From positions 13,993,685 to 14,052,367 of the forward strand of contig JARDVH010000157.1 of assembly GCA_030324005.1 (NCBI GenBank): a stretch of 58,683 bases of DNA, read 5' to 3'. The position numbers and the translations under genes were made by a program. Source of the stretch: Negaprion brevirostris. Lineage: Eukaryota. The notes under the pieces are model-generated. The model was not told where the DNA came from and did not search any database. It was given only the letters and a program-made list of their open reading frames with translations. Shown piece by piece: positions 1 to 12,652 of this stretch (positions within the stretch are counted from its first letter, which is position 1; each line of letters opens with the position of its first letter).

Positions 1-120
1 CCTCGGATGCATTCCATCCGGTCCTGGGGACTTGTCCACAATCAGTCCCTCCAGTCTGTCGAGCACCGCCTCTCTAGCAACAATAATGTCATTGAGACCC
101 TCCAGTCCTACCACCTTTCC
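1..120 (-). mobile_element. CR1 LINE ORF2 fragment (runs off window start)
   Basis: Reverse strand translates GKVVGLEGLNDIIVAREAVLDRLEGLIVDKSPGPDGMHPR; KSPGPDGxHPR is the CR1 pre-RT motif. Confidence 0.9.
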
Positions 121-179
121 TGTTGGAGTTGAAAGCAAGAGGTGATCCCATTTAGACAATTGGCAGGACCCAAGTAAGT

Positions 180-564
180 GACCATTACTGGGGTTGTGGT
201 CCCGTTAAGGACGGCAGTGCCAATGCCGTGGGGGCAGCTACAGCTGCTAGGGAGCCTTGTTGTGAGCCATCGAGTGTCCAAAAAGGACGCCTATGCCCCG
301 CTCCTGCAGAGCCAGCTGGGTGGCTGCCCAATTTCCCTTGACAGTCATCCCACCAGCTCTGGCAATAAGACATAAAGAGGACCTTATTGGGCCACTTAAG
401 TGATTCAGTTGAGTCCATGGCAGGTGGTCTATCACCTTTCCCACTTTAGCTGAATGGCATGGTGGCAGGAAAACATCAGCGATGCCACCCAATACCTTCT
501 GGTGTTATTTTGCTGGCCTGCCACCTTTTTAACCTTGTCCATAAGGGCTAATTAAAATTCAGCC
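180..564. mobile_element. Relic of a non-autonomous DNA transposon (MITE-like, probably PIF/Harbinger-type)
   Basis: Ends in TAAAATTCAGCC followed by TAA; shares GGCCACTTAAGTG and the terminal motif with 24350-24912. Confidence 0.4.
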
Positions 565-1199
565 TAACAGCTCCTTTAAAAAAACATTTTTGTTTCACAA
601 ATCTGCCTCACCACATTAATAGTTACATTTCAAAAAAGGAACAATAATATGTTTTGCAATTCTGGAAAGCTAGATTAGTGGACTCCCATTATGGGCAATT
701 ATTAAAATTCTCATTTGTCTCTCATGCCATTGGTAGGATACTTCTATTTATATGTTCACCTATCAAATTCTTAAAGGGAACAGTAAGAGTTTTTATTGTT
801 AAATTTTGGAAAAATTGGATTGTTTCAAACAGGGCAACTGAAAATGGCTTAAACCTTTTCCTCAAAGTCTTTTTTAAAAAAAACACTCATCAGGAGAGTT
901 ACAACAGCTTTAGGCAATTAAATAACTAACTGGAGCTCATGATACAAAGATGGAGTTTAATTGTTTCCTGCTTATGTAAACAGATAGCCAGACATGCTGA
1001 AAATTGAACTGTCATTCCAAATCTAATAGATCTGGTGCCATCTTTTAGATTTTTGTGACCCTCATTATAATGGAGATTGGGATTGCTGAGAGAGGATTTA
1101 GTTAGTGTTTTTGTATTGATGTGAAATATGCATATTTTTGTGTGTGATTGCAGTTTAACTTGGTTCTTTCTATTAATATTTTAAGATTAAACTCCCATT

Positions 1200-1405
1200 G
1201 CATTGGAAGCAGTTCAAAGAAGATTCACTGGACTGATCCCTGGGATGAGGGGGTTCTGTTCAGTATGAAAGTTGAGCAGGCCTGTACTCATTGGATTTTA
1301 GGAGAATGGGAGGTGATCTTATTTATGAAGGGATATGACACGATAGATGCTGGTCATGGGGAAATCTAGAATTAGTTTCAAAATAAAGTGTCATCAAATT
1401 TTAAG
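1200..1405 (+). mobile_element. CR1 LINE ORF2 C-terminal relic
   Basis: LEAVQRRFTGLIPGMRG...LYSLDFRRMGGDLI, with frameshifts. Confidence 0.85.
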
Positions 1406-2074
1406 AAAATATTCATTGGCAATTGTCAAACATAAATGTGTCAAAATTTGAATGGACAAACATAAAAAACAATAATATATTATCAGTACAATACCAAGAA
1501 TGAGTTCAAGCTGTAAACCAATCTTGAAAATTTTGATCTTTTTTGTAAACAGTCATTGTTTCTTACATTATCTAAATTGCACCTTACCAAACCTTTCCAT
1601 GATTAATTAATGTCAATGTTGGAAAGTTTAAAGATAGAGGTAAAAATTTTTCTTGTAGTGGTGCAAAATACAAGGTGTTCTATCAGCTTCACGTTATCTG
1701 CCGAGCCCGATGCTCAATCCCATTTAGTTCAATAGAGCTGAATAACAATGGGCTATATAACAATGACAAATGCATTGATGTCTTTTTTACTGCCTCCTAA
1801 GATTAATTTCTACTCTGCTGAATTAGGCTTAAGGATGTCACAATAAGATTTGGAAAAAAGAATCTACTCCTCCTGTACCTCTGCTTAAATGATACCATGT
1901 GCATGCGGGTGGAGGTACCACAAATCCAAAAGGGGGTGGAATGAAGAGAGAAGGTCACTGTTATAAGACAGAAATCCTCTTTTCAAGCAGCTGCCAGAAA
2001 ATAGGAGGGAAACAAATGAGGTCAACTTAGGTTTTGACAATGACAATACTTTTGAAGGAGAAAAAAAAGATGGC

Positions 2075-2400
2075 TAAGTCTCCAGCAGTAACTTTTTTTT
2101 CATGACAGCTTCTAGTAATTTCCCTATGCTGAATGGCCTGTAGTTACCTGCTCTCTGTCTCCCTTTCAAGAACAAGATGTTACGTTAGTTAATTTCTAAT
2201 CTACCGGGATCCCTGCAGAATCTATGGAATTTTGAAAGATTATAACCAATGCATTCACTACCTCTGCAGCTGCTTCCTTTAAGGTCCTATGATGCAGGCC
2301 ATCTGGTCATGGGGTTTTGTCAGCCTTTAGATCTAATAGTTCTCCGAACATCTTTTCCTGTGGGTTGATTATTTTGTTATTTTCTCCCGTTCACCTCTTG
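2075..2400 (-). mobile_element. CR1 LINE ORF2 fragment (decayed)
   Basis: Reverse strand LDLKADKTP*PDGLHHRTLKEAAAEVVNALVIIFQNSID...GNYRPFS...GKLLEAV. Confidence 0.85.
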
Positions 2401-2409
2401 TAACACTGC

Positions 2410-2660
2410 ATTGGCACAGTACTGTTGTCTCTAGATCAAATCCAGACACCCAGGGTAATGCTCTGGGAACCCAGTTTAAATCCCACCGTGACAGATGGTG
2501 AAATTTGAATTCAGTAAAAATCTGGAGTTAGTAGTCTTGTGATGACCATCAATTGTCGTAAAAACCCATCTCATTCACTAATGTCCTTTTAGGAAATGAA
2601 ATNNNNNNNNNNTGGCCTACATGTGATTGCCCTCTGGAATGGTTGAGCAAGCGCTCAGTT
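2410..2660 (+). mobile_element. tRNA-derived SINE relic (same family as 37510-37853)
   Basis: Shared core GTAAAAACCCATC..TTCACTAATGTCCTTT.AGGAA..GAAAT...TGGCCTACATGTGA; Pol III-like head. Confidence 0.7.
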
Positions 2661-4309
2661 CACCAGGCCCCTGGTCTACCTGCCAGGGTTATCCTGCTGG
2701 TGGGCCTGCTTTGTAAGGCCCTGGCTTGCTACTCATTAAATAACAACTGTAATGGGATTAGTCCTTTAAATGCCCTCTTAAAGGCCTTTGGGCAGGAAAA
2801 TTGGAAACAACTGCCATGGATTTAATAGGAGGTAAGCAGGAAGGCACTGGGTTCTCCACACAGCATGTTACTGCCCGATCACACACCCCTTCTCACACCG
2901 CCTACAACTCCAACCTCTTGGGGGAGGCATTAATTNNNNNNNNNNNNAATCCTAGTCTGTATGAGACTGGGTATTCTTTTTTAAAAAATCAAGATGTAGC
3001 TGTCTTTAAATTTTACTGAATGTACTGTTATAACTGAGGAATGCTACATTGTTTTTAAATTTTGTTTACTCCGTGTTTAAAATTTTTTACTCTGTTTTTA
3101 AAGTTACAAAGCCAGTGCTCAAGAGTGGACCGCAGATGCGAATCCATACCTTGTTTGATCTAAGAACCAAATACAAATTCCACTTGAATCCAATTTACGG
3201 CCCCCGTAAGGGAGATATTGGGGGTGTCTTTAAACCAAATCCTTACTTAATTACTTAAAGCAACATGAAAGATTTAATGACGCCACTCAAAAATAAACTT
3301 TTCTTATTCATATCTAATTGAAGCACCCATCTTTTCAGAGTGTCAGTGAGCTTGGAAATCCCATTCAGGCCAGAAAAACTGTATTTCATTGGTTTATATT
3401 GGAATTTTCTTCAACATTTAAAACACATCTGAGAACAAACAATAAATACCAGAAGTCACAGTTTTATACAAACTTTGAGAACCACTGCAATCCTAGCACG
3501 AATCCCTAAGAAGTAGAGATTTATTGTAAAATATAAATACGAGGTGCACGGTGAGCTGATTTTAAAAAGGAATATTGCTAATCTGCTCTCAAGGATGTAT
3601 CATAGTTTGGCTTTTGCACACTTGTTAAATTTCTCTCACCACACAATATCAAGTCTATTGAAAAGATGTTATTTGTTGGCTAAAAGTAGTGTTCAGCCTC
3701 CTACAAAAAAAATTCTGCTTTTAAGTACCAAAGTATTTATTTGGAAGAGGCTATTCATGAAGAAAGGGCAATATAAGGTACGTGGGATCCTGGAACTTCT
3801 GAATAGGAAGCATAGGTCATGACCTTCACTAGACTTAACAGAAATCTTCACTCATTAGAACAGTGGATGTGACTGCCACGTTGCTTCAAGTGTCAACAGA
3901 CTTTAAATTAAGGCTAGCCACTCTAGAAGAAGAAAAATGCTGTCTTTGAAATTTGATCAGTGTTTGAAAGCAGCACCCTGATTGGCCGAATACAGAGTGT
4001 TGGAACTTGATTGAGGACAGTCAAGGTTTGAGACGCTTACCTGCGACAGAGTCTCAACAAACTGTCCTATCCATGATATTAACAGCAGTGCATAGATCCC
4101 TGCTTCTACTTAAGACAGTTTTTTTTAGTGAAGCTCAAACAGTAACAGAATCTATAACTCACCAACAATAATTGATTCCACCTGCATTGTCCCTGAGAAT
4201 TAAGGTTGGCAGAGTGAAAGATTTTCTCTTTGAATTAGCTGTTGAAAACTGCAGTTCACCCTTTTCACACTGTGGGGTAGGTTGGTGGAAGTCCAGAGCT
4301 GGGCCAGAT

Positions 4310-4432
4310 CAAGTAGGGTCAGAATAAATAAAAATGGTAAAATATGTTATTAAAGGCTCTTTATCTGAATGCACACATCATTCATAACAAGAATTGATGG
4401 CAAGAAATATAACTGAATGGGCATGACCTGCC
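4310..4432 (+). mobile_element. CR1 LINE ORF2 endonuclease N-terminus relic
   Basis: ALYLNAHIIHNK...NGHDL resembles the CR1 APE start LYLNARSIRNK...NGYDL. Confidence 0.6.
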
Positions 4433-5469
4433 AGGCATAAGAAAGATATGCACCGGGATTCTTTGGCCTATCTGCTACGTTTTTCTTGGCAATGGGAGGT
4501 GGCGGGATCTTCTAGTCCTGCTGCTCTCACTGGGACTTCCCAGTGGCTCCTCCCCACTCTGCCAGGAAAAACACAGCAGTGGTGTGCCATCAGCGGGACC
4601 AGGAGATCCTACCAGCATGAAGAGGAAAATGGTTTCTTCTCTCTCTGCTGTCCTTCGACTGAACTGAGATGCAACCACCAACTGCTGCTTTAGACCCTTT
4701 ACCTGCCATTGATCTGGAGGAATCCAGTGTTCTGTTCCCAAGTTGCTTGGGGTACAGTTTTGTAATTTTACTCTTTCAGGGTCAATTCAGTGATGCAGTA
4801 TACGTGAGAATCAGCACTTTCCAATGAACCACATCCCTCCATGACAATCTGACATGGAACGCAAGAGATATAAGCCCATAAATATCTATCTGTGTCAAAA
4901 TACAACAAATGGATAAACAGAAATCTTTATACCAATGCAATAACATTGTCTTCCCAGCTGCCCCATCACCTTCATTCTCCTCCCCCACGCCCTCCAGCAA
5001 CAAGGAGCACTGAAAATGCCTTGGAAATCCACTCCAATGTTGCCTTTACACCCCAACCACTCTCCTCCGTCCATTTTATTCAGAGCACCTCACTTGACTT
5101 ATAAATCCTTTTTGAGAAAAGAACTCCTTAAACTGGCATCACTCAGTTTTTAGGGGGGAGTTTAGTTTGAAATCGGGTGGAATTCTCCCAGGTTTGGTGG
5201 TGGACAAATGTGCTGAATCTTGCATGACCCAAAAAATCAGAAACCTTCCAGAGTAAAATCCCATGGCAATTCTCCCAATGGCAGGTTTCTCTTCCTGCTG
5301 GGAGGTGGCACAAATGGCATTTACATTCTTTTGTATCACATGAATACTCATTCAAACAGCTACTCGCTGCCATCCCATCAGGCCTTTCAATCATGTGTTA
5401 CCCCACCAGAAATTTACACCGACATTTGCCCCAATTAGGAATGAGTATCATGCACAAGGCAGTCTTCAG

Positions 5470-5513
5470 TAAATAAACCTGCTGGACTTTAACCTGGTAT
5501 TGTGAGACTTCTA
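5470..5513 (+). mobile_element. Penelope-type terminal fragment
   Basis: AAATAAACCTGCTGGACTTTAACCTGGTATTGTGAGACTTCT closely matches 29790-29832. Confidence 0.75.
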
Positions 5514-7003
5514 ACAGACTTCAGTTTACCAGAGACTTCAGGGTGAGTGCAACAAGTTTCTGCCATACTGCTATGTTGCTCCTAATGCGCTGTTCACCAT
5601 ACTGCTGGGACAAATGGTTCCTGCCTCCAACTCTGTGCTGAGCTGGTTTTCATGGACAGCACCATGCTGCTGGACCCATGCACTCACTGCATCATCCAAT
5701 CAAATCAGTGATGCCTGCGGTTGGGGAGTAGAGGGTTCTCTCTAGCCCTGGTGCCTCACAGGAGTGTTATCTGGACAGGACAATGCTGCGGTACTCATGT
5801 TGCCACCATAACAAAGGCCCGAGGTTTAACTGGGGGTGGAGTGTGGGTTGAGGCCAGTGGGGTTTTGGGGGATGTGGCCTAATGAAGACAGAGGGATTCT
5901 GTTCTATGGATTATGAAGCATTTAATTAAATAAAATGGATAATGCATTTCAGAACTTTAGAAATGGTATTAACACTTCAGGGGCATAAATTATTGAATTT
6001 CCATTTGATGCAAGTTGAAAGAAAGCACTACTATGTGAAACCACCAGTATGTAGGGTGGCCAGAGCTGCAGGCTGTCAGAACTGGACATTTTCACAGGAT
6101 AATGCAATTGTGCTTGAGGGTGATGTGATCACTTTTGGGGATTCCATGCTGTTGGGGCAACATGGAGGTTGGAGATGAGAAGAAAGTATTAAAACAAACC
6201 AAGATTTTGCGGCCCGCCCGATAGAGTCTGCTACAGATAGGGAAAGGAATAGTTAGAGACTTACTAGTGTTTTACAAGGCTAAGTGACCTAAGGGCCAAA
6301 ATACTGGACCGTTGCCTGGCAATTATGTGCAATACTGAATGCCTCCAAATAGAGTAAAACTAATCCTGTGGATTATGCACCTTTGTAGTGGGAGGAAACA
6401 AAAAATATAATTTCTTAGAATTGTTGTTGAAATTGTCAGTTCAATGAAAACCCCATTCTAACAGCTACACCAAAGTAGCTGTCTTGTCTGACTGACAGTT
6501 AAGGCTATGGCAAGGAAAACTTGTAACATTTTGTTGTTTCTGCTTGTCCTTTTCCAAGCATGCTTTAAATGTGTTTATAAAACTGTACAGGGTGATGTAC
6601 TGTTCTACTTTAGATGAATTTGAAATGTACCCAGTTTTGTTTCAGAAAATNNNNNNNNNNNNNNNNNNNNNNNNNNNNNNNNNNNNNNNNNNNNNNNNNN
6701 NNNNNNNNNNNNNNNNNNNNNNNNNNNNNNNNNNNNNNNNNNNNNNNNNNNNNNNTTAGAGCCTACAAATTAATGGAAATTTTAAGAGGAAAATGCAGGC
6801 CAATTTTTGTAGAATTTAAATTGCCAAAATTGATTTTCTTTGGACAAAAGCTCTGTACTGAGATAAACTTTCTTCCATGGTTCAAAAACAAGTAGCTGCC
6901 TGCATGAGTACTTTGTCATGACCAGCCTGAATCAATATTCTGTTCTCCCTCTTTCAGATGATCCAGTTAAGGTACATTTTAGGTATTTTGGGATGCAGTT
7001 TAG

Positions 7004-7286
7004 GGGCAAGATTTTCTTATGGGCTTCTTTACCCTGCCATGAGGCTCAAAAGTCCACACTGTGAGCAACAGCAATTTTTCCCCAGTCAATCGGCTTTTAA
7101 TAATAACTTCAGTTGGCTACCTTCTACATGTGAGCAGGAGCCATGTGGCCAGCACCCCCTAATCCCATCTTTGGGAAAATGGCATGGGAGTGTGATGGAG
7201 CCTGGCAAAGGACATGAGTCCAGTGGCACAAAATCTTCTACTTCCACCACCTTTATTCACAACCCTGGGGACTAAAAATCCTGCCC
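7004..7286. mobile_element. MITE with GGGCAAGATTTT...AAAATCCTGCCC terminal inverted repeats
   Basis: 12-bp near-perfect TIRs at 7004-7015 and 7275-7286; no coding capacity; TSD not clear. Confidence 0.6.
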
Positions 7287-8329
7287 AGACCTCAACAAGC
7301 AGAGGTTCAGTGCATACTGATGTAAAACATGGTAAAACTAAGTTGATAGTATCATAGTAAGTCTACTGGAAGCCTTGTATCAGTGGGTGCAAATAGAAGT
7401 CGTCCCATCGGGTCCTGTTAGTATTCTATGACCTAATCTGAGCTGAGTGTTGATAGCATAATGTTACTTTCTGCATGTGCAATCTAGATAAAGGTGTTGC
7501 ATGGCCGTCATTCAGCCACCATCACCATGGCGACATCCCTCCCTGTTCCCAGGCCTGTTCGTCAATTACATTCGTGCTCTGATCAGCCTGTGCCATGAGA
7601 ATGTCTGATTAAAAGCCATTTGAAGTACAAAGAACCCTTTCGTTGACTGAGTGGAATCTAGCAAATTCTGTGATGGCTTAAAGTGAGCAACTTTTAAAAG
7701 GTTTTGCATGATCCTAATTTAGTACATGAAATTCAAAGCAAATCAGTTGAATTGACAAGAAACCAATAATAAGGAAGGCGATATCCCCTGCAACCATGTG
7801 TATTTAAAAAAAAATGTTGAACTAAGAGCAAGCAGATGGTGCAGTGAAAGTAGATCAATGTGTTTGGCAAAAGCTGTCTTTAATGACAGCTTTGTTGTAG
7901 CAAGATTTGCTGTTTTGGGCCTACAGAGGAAATCTGTGTCATTACTAATATAAATCTGAACCCTGATCACTTTTAGAAAAATGAGAATGAAAAAAATTGC
8001 TGATAATTTTGAGCCTTGCTGTTTTGCGGAGCATGAAAGATTTGCTCCTCTTTGCAAAGATTCTCTATTCGCTCATTATGGAAGGAAAATTGGAAGTTAT
8101 CTGCACTGGATTGCTCCATTTCACTTGCTCGGCTTCCTCATCCTCAAAAGTATGTTGCCTTGGGAGGATCCGTAAGAGAGGAGATCAGAAAGAAAAGGGG
8201 TGCCTGACTTCAGGGTAACAGAATCCCAAAATAAGCCTTTCAGAAATCAAATCTACTAATCACAGTTTATTAGTAACACAGCAATTAAAATAAAATGCTA
8301 ACATACATGCTGATTTCAAAGAAGAATAG

Positions 8330-8480
8330 AGCAAAAACTGAAAATGCTGGAAATACATTGAGATTCGATCACTTGAAATGTTCGCCTGTCGTTTTTCCCT
8401 CTCCAGATACTAACAGACCTGCTTTTGTACCCCCAGCACCTTCTGTTTAATTTCAATCCGGTACGCAGTTTTTTGTCTTT
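8330..8480. mobile_element. Decayed Penelope-like terminal repeat remnant (similar relics near 12770-12855 and 27345-27420)
   Basis: AAAAACTGAAAATGCTGG...CCAGCACCTTCTGTTT inverted arrangement; CAGATGCTG..AGA.CTGCTGAGTATTTCC-like motif across the copies. Confidence 0.45.
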
Positions 8481-8760
8481 TTCTAGGAGAAAGAATGGAT
8501 TCCGAGTAGAGGTAAAAAAAAGATTCGTGAACTGCACGATTGAAGCCCAAGTGGATTAGTAGCTTTAAATAAATTGTGCAACTGTCTTTAATTCTTTCTT
8601 GATATTTAATGTTTTGCAAGATGTGTCTTTGGTGGAAAAGTATGGTAATAAGTCAGGGATTGAAGTTCCTATGTGCTTTTTGAGTTTGTTCCCAAGTGTA
8701 GGCTATTTCAGGCATCATCTATCGATACAAATAGAGAAAAATAAAATCACATGCTGTCCA

Positions 8761-9048
8761 GGATGCAACAGTGGTAAGGACTGCTGCCTCAAAGCGCCAG
8801 GGACCCAGGCTCGATTCCTGTGTGAAGTCTGCACATTTTCCCCTTGTCTGTGTGGGTTTTCTCTGGGTGCCCCAGTTTCCTCCCGCAGTCCAAAAATGTG
8901 TGGGTTAAGTTGATTGGCCATGCTAAATTTCTCCTTACTGTTGGGGGGATGTCAAGGATTAGTGGGGTTACAAGGATAGGGCCTGCGTGGGATTGTCGGT
9001 GCATACTTGATGGGCCAAATGGCCTCCCCTTGCAGTGTAGGTATTCTA
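8761..9048 (+). mobile_element. HE1-type V-SINE with CR1-type tail
   Basis: tRNA-like head (GTGGTAAGGACTGCTGCCTC...TCGATTCC), V-domain GTGGGTTTTCTCTGGGTGCCCCAGTTTCCTCCC, tail GATGGGCCAAATGGCCTCC. Confidence 0.9.
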
Positions 9049-11231
9049 GTAGAAGGATATTACAAGATTTGTTTTTACTTCCTACACAATGTTACTTAAA
9101 TCATTTTTTTTGTTGCACATTTGTGTCCAAAACCGAGTAACTCTCCCAATTACCTTATTCTAGGCCCACCCCTAAAATTAGGGTAAATAATTATTATTGT
9201 AGAAATAATGGAATTTGACCAGTGCTATATTTATCGTGAAATTGTACATCCAGATTAAAATACAATAGTGCATTGCATTTTTCTAAGGTATAAAATTCTG
9301 GGAGTTGTACGAGCTTCTGAGACCAAAACCCCAGGCTGCAGCTGCAGTCATGCTGCTGGTTGTACTTGAAATCAGGAAAAGAGGGAGTAGTTCAGAAGAT
9401 AGGATTGCTGCAGTCTGGGCCTCTAGCCTGCTGGCTAGACTGCTGAAACTTATTACGAGTTCTTCACCAGTGCCTCTATCTCTAAACTATTGGCTGGTTT
9501 CCATGCCCTTTCTATGTGACCTTGCCTGGAAATAGAACAGAGGAATTTTAAAACTGGATGCCTGTAGTGTAGACTCAGTACAGAGTTGCCATTGCTTGAT
9601 ATTTTCATGGATGAAGTGCCTTTGCCCTAGGGTAATGAAACTACAAGGGAAAAAAAGAGTAATGTAAAAGCATCTGTAATTAAAACTTGTTATTCCAGTC
9701 CCTTATCGTTGTTTATGTCTACTGTAGTTTACTCCCATAAGCTGCATTTTCAGAAGCCTCCTTTTGCAATTAGAATAATTGTTCACAGAAGATATTCATC
9801 TATGCGCAAGTAAGGCTTAGTACAGGAGTTAAGGGGTGAGGTGTTGGGGGAGGGAGGGCGTGGTCGTGTGAACTTGATAAAGCAGCAACAGAACTGAAAC
9901 ACAGTAGACTAAAGTATCACACAGACTTGTTTCAAAACACACAGGAAATACGAATGTTGTTGAAAATCCAAAAGATTAAAAATGTTGCTTTTTAGGTTGG
10001 TTAATAAAATAGACACGTGCTACAGATTCTTAGGTGTCCTTGAAATTCAGGATATCTTGTGTTTAAAAAAAACTACACAACTGTTGCTGCACTTGTCAAG
10101 TCTCCAAAAGTGGATTCCTATCATAATTTCGGGTGAGGGAGAAAGAAGGGGCTGATGATTGTGGGAGGGGGTGGTGGTATGCTGGCTCTGATCTGGGGGG
10201 NNNNNNNNNNNNNNNNNNNNNNNNNNNNNNNNNNNNNNNNNNNNNNNNNNNNNNNNNNNNNNNNNNNNNNNNNNNNNNNNNNNNGGGTTTTGCTCACAAC
10301 CTTAGGCCTTGCCCTCCTGTCTGATGGTGTGATTCACGCCCCCTTGATTATCTTTTGGCAGTGTCGTGAGATCTGAAGAGAAACACGCTGGTTTTCTCGC
10401 CAGATTTACCAATTTTGGTGAGGTTTTGCCTGTTAACTCCAATTGGAATGTATGAGCCACTCCAAAGCTGCATTTAGATATCTACATCTACAAAAATAAT
10501 ATGACTGCTTTTATACTGAAGTCTTAGAGCAATTAATTCAAACAATGAACGAAGCAAGGCCGGTAATGTTGTGAAAAACATACTCAAAATAACAGCAGCA
10601 TTTTGCTACTGAAATTTCATTATAACCTAACTGCATTTTAGCAAAATCTTCTAGCAATGACATACAAATGACACCCTTTAAGGTGCTGTGTCGCCATATT
10701 GTGCAGTCTGTTGATTAGACAGATGGTATGCCTACAACTGGGCTATGTTCTGAGCAAACAGGCACTGGGCAGAAGAAAGTAAAGCAGGCCGTGTAGAAAG
10801 GGGGGGTAGTCGGATAGGAAGGTGTTGCTTCCACTGCGCGGTCCCACCTGGCTACCACCTGTTTCGTAAGCTAGAATCAATGCATGTTCTGTTTTTTCCT
10901 TCTGCTGTCTCCTTGGCCTCCAACAGGTATTGTACAAGGACAAGATAAAGGCTTATTTAAGCATAAAGGATGCAGAAAGTAGTATATTGGCAGGTGATAG
11001 TGCAAATTAAAGAGATACTGCAGTTAAAATAATTGAACTCAGAAATGAATTGAATATAAATAACACAAGTACTTTAAAGCATCTATTTCAGGTAACTGTT
11101 AGATATCTCATTCTTAGAAGTGATTTTTTTAATTCACTTTTTTAGTTCTGGATTTTCTGGTCCATTGTAACATGAGTTTAAGTGAGACTTTAAATCAAAA
11201 GGTGGGAGTTTCACTATTGATCTGAACTAGT

Positions 11232-11824
11232 GGGTGGCAAGGTGGTTGCTGCTTCACCGCACCAAGGACCTGGGTTTGATTCCCAGCTTGGATCACTGTC
11301 TGTGAGTCTGCATGCTCTCCTTGTGTCTGCATGAATTTCCTCCGGATGCTCTGGTTTCCTCCCACAGTTTGAGAGACGTGCTGGTTAGGTGCATTATTTA
11401 AAGTTTATTCATTAATGTCACAGTAGTCTTTCATCAGCAGTGCAATGAAGGTACTGTGAAAATCTCCTCGTCACCACACTCTGATGCCTGTTCAAGTACA
11501 CTGAAGGAGAATTTAGCATGGTCAATACACCTAACCTAACCAGCATATCTTTTGGACTGTGGGAGAAAACTGGAGCACCTGGAGAAAATCAATGCACACA
11601 CAAGGAGAACGTGCAAACTCCCCCACACAGTGACCCAAGCCAGGAATTGAACCCAGGTCTCTGACACTGTGAGGCAGCAGTGCTAACCACAGTGCTGCAT
11701 TGGGCATGCTAAATTCTCTCTCTGTACCCAAACAAACACCAGTCTGTGGCGACTAGGGGATTTTAACAGTAACTTCTTTGCAGAGTTAATGTAAGCTTAC
11801 TTGTGACACTAACAAATAAACTTT
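11232..11824 (+). mobile_element. V-SINE with alternative tail, split by a nested antisense copy (host parts 11232-11395 and 11696-11824)
   Basis: Head and V-domain up to GGTTAGGTGCATT, resuming TGCATTGGGCATGCTAAATT...GCGACTAGGGGATTTT...AATAAACTTT. Confidence 0.85.
11396..11695 (-). mobile_element. V-SINE with alternative tail, nested in the previous SINE
   Basis: Near full-length reverse copy flanked by TGCATT at 11390-11395 and 11696-11701 (TSD). Confidence 0.9.
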
Positions 11825-11904
11825 TTGAGCCACATCTTGAAATACCAGCCATTCTGTGTAATGCAAACAGCTGACATTCTGAAAATTGTTTTCTCTTTCA
11901 TCCC

Positions 11905-12050
11905 CATTTTACTCCCTTCCTCTCCTGAAAACACTCAATTGTGATGAGACAAGGTTCCACAGCACCTAGAATCCTCTAGGATTTTTCTCTCATGCCTTTT
12001 CATTAGGAGAGAATCTAAGAATTATGTAATGGCAGGCTATCGAACCAGAT
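11905..12050 (-). mobile_element. LF-SINE-like relic (3' part)
   Basis: CCTCTCCTGAA...GGTTCCACAG...GGCAGGCTATCGAACC resembles the reverse complement of the LF-SINE 3' region as recalled. Confidence 0.5.
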
Positions 12051-12307
12051 ATCTCAACATGTATGTTTTATTATCTCTCCCTCCCACTACCGTACCACCT
12101 ATTCAGGTGATCTACAGTCTGAGGCCCTTCCAACTCCTCACCGAAATTAAAGGTCACACAGTTACTAAAGCAATTGCCTACTCATAGGTCCATCTTTCTA
12201 CTTTTGAACTAAAACCTTAATCGCTATCTTTATAGTAACTTCACAAATACTGTCACTAGATAGCTTTCAGAAACTCTAATTCTGCTGCATGAGTTTTCAC
12301 CTATGAG

Positions 12308-12652
12308 GGCTGGATTAGAGATTGGCATCTGTGCATTGTGTGGTTGTGCAGCCAGCATAGTGGTGAATACTGCTGGTAACGCATCAATCTGCGGCCCACG
12401 ATTTTTAAACGTTCCAGGACACTGGAGGGTGATGGAGGGAGGGATTTGGCACCAAAAGTAATGGGATAGCTCTTAACCCCTACTTCCCAATACCAGGTCC
12501 CTCAATCAGGTACTGAGTGTCTGACGATAAGGGACACCTCCTGGAAGTCTGTCAGTGATCCTGACAAGCAAAGACCTTTGTTTACAGTGTCTTGTGTGGC
12601 TCGCCTGTCTTGCCGTGGGGGTTGCCTTTGGAAGGGTTGGAAAATCCTGCCC
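12308..12652. mobile_element. MITE-like element (GGGCTGGATT...AAAATCCTGCCC)
   Basis: Termini of the same type as 7004-7286 and 55106-56374. Confidence 0.45.

Noticed and set aside
3050-3105. Short imperfect AT-rich tandem repeat (TTTAAA.TTT..TTTACTC)
   Set aside because: Two to three degenerate units, ordinary slippage; not CRISPR-like
3940-4240. Faint resemblance to an L1/Tx1 ORF1 relic
   Set aside because: Too degenerate to support by eye; needs a profile search
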